In this document: positions 1 to 7,135 of the stretch, in pieces
Numbering within the stretch: the first letter of the stretch is position 1
Layout: every line of letters begins with the position of its first letter
Assembly (NCBI GenBank): GCA_031412295.1
Contig: JANOCU010000032.1
Span: forward strand, 2,904-66,903
Length of the DNA: 64,000 nucleotides
Source: Bacteroidota bacterium
Lineage (GTDB): Bacteria > Bacteroidota > Bacteroidia > Palsa-965
Direction of reading: 5' to 3'
The notes under the pieces: generated by a model
The model's input: the letters and a program-made list of their open reading frames with translations, nothing else
Told to the model about the DNA's origin: nothing
Databases searched by the model: none
Position numbers and translations under genes: made by a program

Positions 1-2651
1 GTGCCGGCCAGCATACCCTGGCTACAGTTTGGGTTTGTGATTGTAAGTGTGAAAGTAGTGCTAACTGTTCCGGTAGTTCCAAATGCTTTTACAGTTATAA
101 TGTGCGTTCCTGCTTGCGCTGCGTTGGTAACAGATACAACTCCTGTAGTTGGATTAACAGTAAGCAGGCCATCAAAATAAGTGGAAGAATACGCAACCGT
201 CGTTGTAATGTTGATTGGTGCTGTTGTTGGTGTAACGATTGTATTTCTTCCCGAAATTACTGTGACATTGGGATAGGTTCCCAATACCGGGTAGGTGAAA
301 AAATTCCCTGCATCCGCACCTATATCTGTAGGGGAAAAAGAAGAACGTGTTTGTCCATCATAATCAATTGCAACACTACTTATAGCAATGCCTGTACCTT
401 CAATCATTGTTGACCCTGTGCTAAGGATGTGAAGGTCCAAAGCAGCAGCGTTTCCCGTCGGATTAATAAACTGCGGATTGCTGTTTTGGCTATTAAGATC
501 CTGCCCGGTTGCTGCGGTCCAGCTTGCGAGTGTGGTATAATCTGTAGTATTATATAAACCAAGTACGCCGCCAACACCATTCGTAAAAAGATCATTGTAA
601 TTGGAAAGAAGTCCTGTAGGATTGACTCCGGTTCCGCCAACTCCTATTGCATAATGTTTGCCCGTTCCTGTTCCATTACTTCTTCCATTATATAAAATAT
701 TATTTCTGTAATCGCGGATATTATTAGTTACCGTACTGTAAAATGGAGCTGAATTACCTGTACCCGAAACACCGGTTCCACCGATATAAATACTGTTAAA
801 ATAAAGTTGGTTTGTTCCAGCCGCTTCCTGTATTCCATATACTGAAGTTGTAGTTGTAACTGATGCACCGGCATTATTAATACCAAGCCTGATCATATTA
901 TTGCTGAAAGTGGCTTGTCCGCTTCCTATATAAATTCCATTAAGAACGGCAGATAAGCTGCTTGATACGTTGGTTAAAGAATGAATAAAATTCTGCGAAA
1001 CCGTGCTACCGCTTACTGAAGAACTGCCGGTATAAGAAATTCCCGTAACACTTACTCCTCCAAAAGTATGCGTGTTGGAAAGTGAATGAACCTGGTTTTG
1101 AGAAACTGTATTAGGCAATGATGCGAATGGAGCATCAATAGCAATCCCGACAAGTGCGGCATTCGCACTGATACCGGAATTGCTTGAGTTGTTGCTCAGG
1201 TTTGAAACTGTATTTCCTGTAACAATTGAACTGCTGACTACTGAATAGATTCCGATTATTTTACCATTACTTGGAGTTGCAGTGGCAATCACAGGAGCAG
1301 CTGATGTGCCGATTGTATTATTCTGAATGGTGTTTGTAGATCCGGAAAATGTTCCTGCCCGGATCCCGTAAATTACTACTCCACCTGTAGAAGTATTGTT
1401 GACAGCGAACCCGCCAATATTATTACCGGAAATCGTAGCCGACTGGTTAGTTGAAAGATATATGCCATAAGTTTCTGATCCCGTACCTGAACTGGATACT
1501 GTGATTGCTCCGGGCACAGTAGTGCTTCCGATGGTATTATTGGTAATAGTTACCGCCCCGGAAACAATATACATGCCGATGAAAGGCGACTGGTTTGTAA
1601 AACCGGCAACCGGGCCGGAAAGTGAAATTGCTGATATGGTATTATTCTGGATAACTGTTCCAACTGTACTGCCGAGTGCAGAAGCATAAATGGGATAAAA
1701 TTTGGTTGCGGCAGCACCATTAATTGTATACGTTCCGGTTCCTGAAGCACTTGCATAACCAATTGTATTCCCGCTTACGAGACAGTTATTGATAGTGGAA
1801 TTTGCAAGCTGTATTCCTGCGTGAACACTTCCGGTTACAGCAGTACATGGATTTGTCTGGTAAAATTTATTATTCGTGATCGTCCAATCTGTGGTTCCCT
1901 GACTAAGGTATATTCCTGCACTTCCTCCATCTCCGAAATAATCGAAAATGTTATTACCGGAAATCGTGTTCCCGCTATTCATGATTGCTACCGGAAAAGT
2001 AGATCCGATACTTGCAATGGCTTTTGCCGGTTGATTCACACCGGCTGCTTTGATGTTACAGTTGCTGATCGTATTGTTGTCGTTACCATTCGGTGTAGTT
2101 CCATCACCGGTAAACAAAATGGTGGCAGTAAGGCTCGCGGCCGTATTGGAACCCGTTGACGATCCTGCAATAGTACAATTGGTTATCGTATTATTGGTAG
2201 CGCCATTCGATATACGGAATGTGGAAGTGTAATTTGTGTTTGAAGCGGTGGTGTTTGAAAAGGTAAGTGAGCTGCCACCGGTATTCAATCCGTCGATGGT
2301 CACATTATCTGCAGCATTGAGATCAATCATCGGAAAGCCACCTGTAGTATTTCCACTTACAGTTGCATTTACACCTACTCCCGGCCTGATCCTGATGCTT
2401 GCCCAAAGCCCACCTTGTAAAGTGCTTGTAACTATGCTTTCATTCGTGTTGCCATTAATGGTGATAAGAATAGTTGCACCCGTTTGATTAGCAAAGTTGA
2501 TACTGTTACATGCGCTGTACAGCGTTGCATAAGTTCCATTTCCGGCATTCGCTCCTGAAACAACCACCTGGGCATTACCGGTTTTAATAATGAAAATTGC
2601 GGCAATAAAAATTACTGCCAGCCTTAGCTTTGTGTTGGTTAAAAAACGCAT
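1..2651 (-). CDS. Secreted right-handed beta-helix repeat surface protein, N-terminal ~880 aa; the C-terminus runs off the window start
   Basis: Uninterrupted minus-strand frame from ATG (2651..2649) to position 1; missing from the ORF track because there is no stop codon in the window. N-terminus MRFLTNTKLRLAVIFIAAIFIIKTGNAQ is a signal peptide. The body is G/T/S/N-rich with recurring 'TIxNNxI', 'NCxIxG' and 'ISGNxI' parallel beta-helix-like turns. Confidence 0.6.
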   Translation of the reverse strand, partial: MRFLTNTKLRLAVIFIAAIFIIKTGNAQVVVSGANAGNGTYATLYSACNSINFANQTGATILITINGNTNESIVTSTLQGGLWASIRIRPGVGVNATVSGNTTGGFPMIDLNAADNVTIDGLNTGGSSLTFSNTTASNTNYTSTFRISNGATNNTITNCTIAGSSTGSNTAASLTATILFTGDGTTPNGNDNNTISNCNIKAAGVNQPAKAIASIGSTFPVAIMNSGNTISGNNIFDYFGDGGSAGIYLSQGTTDWTITNNKFYQTNPCTAVTGSVHAGIQLANSTINNCLVSGNTIGYASASGTGTYTINGAAATKFYPIYASALGSTVGTVIQNNTISAISLSGPVAGFTNQSPFIGMYIVSGAVTITNNTIGSTTVPGAITVSSSGTGSETYGIYLSTNQSATISGNNIGGFAVNNTSTGGVVIYGIRAGTFSGSTNTIQNNTIGTSAAPVIATATPSNGKIIGIYSVVSSSIVTGNTVSNLSNNSSNSGISANAALVGIAIDAPFASLPNTVSQNQVHSLSNTHTFGGVSVTGISYTGSSSVSGSTVSQNFIHSLTNVSSSLSAVLNGIYIGSGQATFSNNMIRLGINNAGASVTTTTSVYGIQEAAGTNQLYFNSIYIGGTGVSGTGNSAPFYSTVTNNIRDYRNNILYNGRSNGTGTGKHYAIGVGGTGVNPTGLLSNYNDLFTNGVGGVLGLYNTTDYTTLASWTAATGQDLNSQNSNPQFINPTGNAAALDLHILSTGSTMIEGTGIAISSVAIDYDGQTRSSFSPTDIGADAGNFFTYPVLGTYPNVTVISGRNTIVTPTTAPINITTTVAYSSTYFDGLLTVNPTTGVVSVTNAAQAGTHIITVKAFGTTGTVSTTFTLTITNPNCSQGMLAG

Positions 2652-2740
2652 CGTTTAAAATTTTAAATGAGATCAGCACACCGGAAAAATTTACCGGGGT
2701 TCAGACGCGTACGAAAGTAGAGACAATAAAAGGCGTGGGG

Positions 2741-2768
2741 TATAGTGGTTATCCGCTAATCGTACAGG
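2741..2768. promoter_or_regulatory. Candidate operator copy 1: 28-nt motif tatagtggttatccgctaatcgtacagg containing near-palindrome TAGTGGTTATCCGCTA, ~90 bp upstream of the beta-helix gene start
   Basis: Same 23-mer recurs at 3515..3540. Core is a 6-4-6 inverted repeat (TAGTGG-TTAT-CCACTA) with one mismatch in this copy. Confidence 0.45.
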
Positions 2769-2782
2769 AAGAGTAATGCTGA

Positions 2783-3412
2783 CTAAAGCAAGTCTTTGTG
2801 CCGGATCGCAAATTTCAGAAGAGAACTATTTCCTTCTATACCAAGCTTTTTGACCATGTTTGGATGGTGGTTGTCTATCGTATCCGGACTTAAAAAAAGA
2901 AGCTTTGAGATCTCGGCAGATGTTTTTGTTTCTGCAATCAGCTTTAGAATTACCTTCTCAGTTGGTGTGAGAAGGGAAAGCTCCGGCAGCTCATTTTGCG
3001 CGGTGTTTTCAAGGAGATTTTCTATTCCGTGACTTACAAATTTTTCACCTTTTAAAACGCTATTTACACATGTGATCAATTCAGACATCGCATGATCCTT
3101 GAGCAAATAGCCCATCACACCAATGCTCATCGCATCATTAAAAAAATTTTTATCCCGGTGCATTGTCAGCACTATGAGCTTTGTCTCCGATTTTTCACTC
3201 CTCACTTTCCTGCAAACATCAAGCCCTGTAAGTCCGGGCATTTCTATATCCAGTATTGCAATATCCGGTCGCTTTGCAATAATACTTTCGTATGCTTGTA
3301 ATCCATCCGACAGCTCAGCAACGATTTGAAGATTGCTGATTTCATCAAGCATCTCTATAACCCCTTTCCTGAAAGTAAAATGATCATCTGCTACAATAGC
3401 TGTCGGTTTCAT
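2783..3412 (-). CDS. NarL/FixJ (LuxR-HTH) family response regulator, paralog 1
   Basis: REC domain (IVADDH...DIAILDIEMPGL...LTMH) plus C-terminal LuxR-type HTH (LTPTEKVILKLIAETKTSAEISKLLFLSPDTIDNH). Start chosen at MKPTAIV by alignment with the downstream paralog; 'cat' at 3410..3412. Confidence 0.85.
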   Translation of the reverse strand: MKPTAIVADDHFTFRKGVIEMLDEISNLQIVAELSDGLQAYESIIAKRPDIAILDIEMPGLTGLDVCRKVRSEKSETKLIVLTMHRDKNFFNDAMSIGVMGYLLKDHAMSELITCVNSVLKGEKFVSHGIENLLENTAQNELPELSLLTPTEKVILKLIAETKTSAEISKLLFLSPDTIDNHHPNMVKKLGIEGNSSLLKFAIRHKDLL

Positions 3413-3514
3413 AAACAGTTGCCTGCGTATTAATGTATGCTGGTTTGGGAAAAGCAAGGCATTTCATATTACTTAGCCAGGGGGCGCAAAGTAAATAGGA
3501 TAAACCCGGAAGAT

Positions 3515-3540
3515 TATAGTGGTTATCCACTAATCGTCCA
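3515..3540. promoter_or_regulatory. Candidate operator copy 2: tatagtggttatccactaatcgtcca with perfect palindrome TAGTGGTTATCCACTA, ~100 bp upstream of response regulator paralog 1
   Basis: Perfect 6-4-6 inverted repeat at 3517..3532. Shares a 23-mer with 2741..2763. Confidence 0.45.
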
Positions 3541-3575
3541 AAGCAACCTTACATATTGAAGAAGCAAGTTGTGCC

Positions 3576-4205
3576 TTAAAGCAACTCTTTGTGCTGAATC
3601 GCAAATTTAAGAAGCGAATTTTTTCCTTCCAGCCCCAGCTTTTTTACAATGTTGGACCGGTGGTTGTCAACTGTATTCGGACTCACAAAAAGCAATTGCG
3701 CAATCTCTGCCGATGTTTTGGTTTCTGCGATCAGCTTCAATATTACTTTTTCAGTAGCAGTAAGATTAGCAAGCTCAGGCATATTGTTCTGCCCGCTTAA
3801 TTCGAAGAGATTTTCTATTCCCCGGCTTACACATTTCTCCCCTTTCAAAACTTTTTCTACGCACGAGATCAATTCCGTTATCGCATTGTCTTTAAGCAAA
3901 TAACCCATCACACCGATCTCCATTGCATCATTAAAAAAGTTTTTGTCCCTGTGCATGGTAAGCACGATGAACTTCGTGTCGGACTTTTCACTCATCACTT
4001 TCCTGCAGATGTCAAGTCCTGATAATCCCGGCATTTCAATATCGAGGATTGCAATATCAGGCCGCTTTGCAAGTATGCTCTGGTAAGCCTGTAGCCCGTC
4101 CGACAGCTCAGCTACAATTTCAAGATTTTCTATCCCGCTTAATATTTCCACAAGTCCTTTCCTGAATATAGGATGATCATCGGCTACAATGGCTGTATAT
4201 TTCAT
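3576..4205 (-). CDS. NarL/FixJ (LuxR-HTH) family response regulator, paralog 2
   Basis: About 78% identical to the 2783..3412 product over its full length; REC plus LuxR HTH (LTATEKVILKLIAETKTSAEIAQLLFVSPNTVDNHRSNIVKKLG). ATG at 4205; the ORF-track start at 4211 is GTG. Confidence 0.85.
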   Translation of the reverse strand: MKYTAIVADDHPIFRKGLVEILSGIENLEIVAELSDGLQAYQSILAKRPDIAILDIEMPGLSGLDICRKVMSEKSDTKFIVLTMHRDKNFFNDAMEIGVMGYLLKDNAITELISCVEKVLKGEKCVSRGIENLFELSGQNNMPELANLTATEKVILKLIAETKTSAEIAQLLFVSPNTVDNHRSNIVKKLGLEGKNSLLKFAIQHKELL

Positions 4206-4223
4206 AATCACGGTTACTATTTA

Positions 4224-6146
4224 TTATACAGGAAGATTGAATGTGTATTTGGTTCCGTTCCCCGGTGAGGTCTGAACATCAAACCTGCCCTGGAGATAAT
4301 TTACTCTTTCCTCGATATTCAGCATACCAAAAGAATATTGCGCTTTTTTCGCAAGGATCAATTTATCAAAACCTTTCCCGTTATCCTGCACGATCAGCTC
4401 TATCATTCCATCAGCTACACTTGCTGTGATGCGCAATGCCGTAGCTTCCGAATGTTTCAGCGTATTGGTAATACATTCCTGTATGATGCGATAATAATTG
4501 ATCTGCTTATCAGAAGAGATTTCTTTGCTGAATGCTTCGAGATCATGGCTGACAAAAATCGAAGAAGTTTCTGTTACTTTTTCTGCGAGCGCATCAACTG
4601 CAGCAGCAAGTCCGTATCGTTCAAGCTGGTTAGGATAAAGATCTTTTGAAATGTTCCTTACTTCTTCGAGCGTTTCATTTACCGAAACCAGCAAGGCAGT
4701 ATCATTTTGTTTTATAAGCTGATTTTTAATAAAAAGCATATTCTGTCCAATGCTGTCGTGCAGCTCTTTCGAAATCCGCTGCCTTTCTTTTTCCTGCGAT
4801 AAAATAAGCTGCTGCGAAAAATGTTCTTTGACACGAAGATTTTTCCTGTTATTAAACCAGGTAAATCCAACGCTGATCAATCCAACCAGCATGATCGCCA
4901 AAGCAATAATAAAATTACGCGCTGTTTTTGCAATCCTGTTTTCTGCTTCGAGTGCAACTACTGCTTTGTCATGTGAAGCTTTTTGAATAGCCTCTTTCTT
5001 TTCAAACTCGTAATTCATTTCGGTACGCACAGATTTTGCCGCATTTTCTACACTGTACAGACTGTCTTTTGCTGCAGTATATTTTTTGTAATGTTCAAGT
5101 GCCAACTCGGGTCTGCCTGTTTTAGAATAAAGCACATGCAGCTTTTCCTCGTCGTGCATCAGCTCAAGCAATGCACCAGCGCTTTCATCCAATGCAAGAG
5201 CACGCAGCAAATAATCTTCCGCTTTTTTGTATTTTCCAATGTCTGAATAAAGTGAGCCGATTGCACGAAGCTGGACTGCGATGGTAACTGAATTCCCGGT
5301 TTCTTCTGCAATCTTCAATGCCCGGAAATAATGATCAAGCGCTTTATCATATTCCTTTTGTCTTTCATACACCAGGCCAATGTTACCAAGCCAGGTAGCA
5401 ACTCCATCCTTTTCACCAATTTCTTCATCCAGCTTTAATGCTCTCTCATAGTAATCCAGCGCTTTTTCATTTTCGCCCATATCATCGTAGACCGTTCCGA
5501 TATTGCCGAAAGCAATAGCAGTACCGCCTTTGTTATTTTGCACTTCTTTTAGTTTCAATGACCTGAAATAATAATCCAACGCCTTCTCCGGGTAGCCTTG
5601 TTCTGCGTAGACATTACCAATATTAAGGAACCAATAGGAAGAGCCATTCTGGTCATTCATGGCCTCAGTTACTTTCAGGGCCTTGAAAAAAAAGTCCAAT
5701 GCCTGTGGATAATCACCAAGATCCATATATACCACACCGATGTTGCCAAGCGTTTTCGATTTGCTTCCGAGAACGTGATTTTTACTTTTTGGTGTGGCAG
5801 AGGCTTCCTGCTTTTCCCATATTTCAAGCGCATTAAAATAATAATCGAGCGAAACTTTATTCTCGCCTTTACTTGAATGAAAATATCCCAGGTAATGGAA
5901 TGAATCCGCAATGCCTGACTCCCATTTTAATTTGTGTGCCAGCTGAAGGGCTTGTTTGCTCACGAGAATCGCGCTATCCGAATTGGAAGAGCTGATCTCC
6001 ATCGCCATATAATTAAGTGCAGAAACTTTCGCTGTATCGTCCGGAGAAGCTATTATCGCCAATAATGAATCGGTTGTATATGCTTTAGCACAAAAAGGGA
6101 CAATTAAAACAAGCAGGATAAATGCGTAGCGTAAAAATATTTTCAT
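4224..6146 (-). CDS. TPR-repeat sensor histidine kinase (HisKA_3/HATPase_c, NarL-partner type)
   Basis: N-terminal signal peptide, then ~8 TPR-like repeats (recurring LDYY..ALKL..E), one TM helix (FIIALAIMLVGLISVGFTWF), an H-box ELHDSIGQNM typical of HisKA_3, and C-terminal ATPase motifs (QDNGKGF...GNGT). Confidence 0.85.
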   Translation of the reverse strand: MKIFLRYAFILLVLIVPFCAKAYTTDSLLAIIASPDDTAKVSALNYMAMEISSSNSDSAILVSKQALQLAHKLKWESGIADSFHYLGYFHSSKGENKVSLDYYFNALEIWEKQEASATPKSKNHVLGSKSKTLGNIGVVYMDLGDYPQALDFFFKALKVTEAMNDQNGSSYWFLNIGNVYAEQGYPEKALDYYFRSLKLKEVQNNKGGTAIAFGNIGTVYDDMGENEKALDYYERALKLDEEIGEKDGVATWLGNIGLVYERQKEYDKALDHYFRALKIAEETGNSVTIAVQLRAIGSLYSDIGKYKKAEDYLLRALALDESAGALLELMHDEEKLHVLYSKTGRPELALEHYKKYTAAKDSLYSVENAAKSVRTEMNYEFEKKEAIQKASHDKAVVALEAENRIAKTARNFIIALAIMLVGLISVGFTWFNNRKNLRVKEHFSQQLILSQEKERQRISKELHDSIGQNMLFIKNQLIKQNDTALLVSVNETLEEVRNISKDLYPNQLERYGLAAAVDALAEKVTETSSIFVSHDLEAFSKEISSDKQINYYRIIQECITNTLKHSEATALRITASVADGMIELIVQDNGKGFDKLILAKKAQYSFGMLNIEERVNYLQGRFDVQTSPGNGTKYTFNLPV

Positions 6147-6270
6147 CTGCTGCTCGTTCTTCCTCGGGTTTGGGTGGACTATCTAAATTTAGCAATTAAA
6201 AGTGGCCGAAACCGTGAGCCAAAATTACCGCATTAGCACATAGGGAGTTCTGTGGTGGTAGTGATTTAAT

Positions 6271-6397
6271 AATCTGGTAATCTGGTAACTTGTAAATTTA
6301 AGAGGAGAAATTGAGGTTTAATAAATACAAATGGGTTGCCTGATTAAATCGACAACCCATTTATTTTTTCAATTACACAGTTACCAGATTACCAGAT
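6271..6397. repeat. 20-bp perfect inverted repeat (aatctggtaatctggtaact / agttaccagattaccagat) built from GTAATCTG heptamer-like units, flanking an internal terminator hairpin
   Basis: 6271..6290 is the reverse complement of 6379..6397; the arms themselves are tandem 8-mers. Confidence 0.6.
6329..6362 (-). terminator. Rho-independent terminator hairpin (aaatgggttg ... caacccattt), T-rich on both sides
   Basis: 10-bp perfect stem with a 13-nt loop and flanking T/A runs. Downstream of the minus-strand gene 6406..6819 and nested inside the 20-bp inverted repeat. Confidence 0.5.
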
Positions 6398-6405
6398 CCA
6401 TCGGC

Positions 6406-6819
6406 TTAGCAGAATTCAGCGTAGGCCTGTTTCAAATGCTCAGCGATCATTTCAGCAGAACGGCCTTCGATGTGATGACGCTCTACGAAATGTACCAGCT
6501 TGCCATCTTTGAAAAGTGCAATAGCAGGTGAAGAATTCGGATACGGCGCGAAAAATTTGCGGGCTTCTGTTACAGCTTCTGTATCGAAACCTGCGAATAC
6601 GGTTGTCAGCTTTCCCGGCTTCTTTCCTTCGCCAAGCACCGACATTTTAACGCCCGGACGCGCCGCGCCTGCAGCACATCCACAAACAGAATTCACAACC
6701 ACCAAAACCGTTCCCGGTGTAGTGATCGCAGAATTTACTTGTTCCGGCGTGCTCAAATCTTCAAAGCCAACATTTACCAGCTCGGCTTTCATTGGCATAA
6801 CTAATTGTGGAGGATACAT
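6406..6819 (-). CDS. Bacilliredoxin-family thiol-disulfide oxidoreductase (YphP/YqiW, DUF1094)
   Basis: Collinear with B. subtilis YphP as recalled from memory: QLVMPMKAEL...VLVVVNSVCGCAAGAARPG (CGC active site)...TTVFAGFD...FFAPYPNSSPAIALFKDGKLVHFVERHHIEGRSAEMIAEHL. Confidence 0.8.
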   Translation of the reverse strand: MYPPQLVMPMKAELVNVGFEDLSTPEQVNSAITTPGTVLVVVNSVCGCAAGAARPGVKMSVLGEGKKPGKLTTVFAGFDTEAVTEARKFFAPYPNSSPAIALFKDGKLVHFVERHHIEGRSAEMIAEHLKQAYAEFC

Positions 6820-7106
6820 ATTTTTTGTTTTTTAAAAAGTTCAATTCAATTGCAGGTGCAAAGATACGAAGGAAAATTCCCCATCCGCACATCTGAGAAA
6901 GCATAATAATGAACCAGGCTGGTTACTTGAATCAGTGTTATGCATGTGTGCGTGTTGAAGAATCTCCAGAATCAAAATACTATTGCTTCGTATATTCGTT
7001 TTGATTCGTAATTCGCACCCCCTTAGTCGCCTATCCCCATTTCTAACCGATAAAAACAATTGTATGCCCCTCAGCCACAGGCAGGTAATTCCAATGGTAG
7101 TTTTCC

Positions 7107-7114
7107 TATTTTTG
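7107..7114 (+). promoter_or_regulatory. Putative Bacteroidota sigma-A -7 box (TATTTTTG = TAnnTTTG) ~22 bp upstream of the M16 peptidase start
   Basis: Matches the Bacteroidetes -7 consensus; position only. Confidence 0.3.
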
Positions 7115-7135
7115 TCCCTCAACCGACAATGTCCC

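Noticed and set aside
102-2487. ORF-track ORFs on both strands within 1..2650 (for example 102..413, 1821..2159, 2236..2487)
   Set aside because: They are shadow ORFs inside the long partial minus-strand beta-helix gene, whose frame stays open from 2651 to position 1.
6983-7135. Upstream extension of the M16 peptidase ORF (start at 6983)
   Set aside because: The signal peptide MKKLSISLAF begins at 7136, and a TAnnTTTG box lies at 7107..7114 inside the extension. The extension is therefore non-coding.
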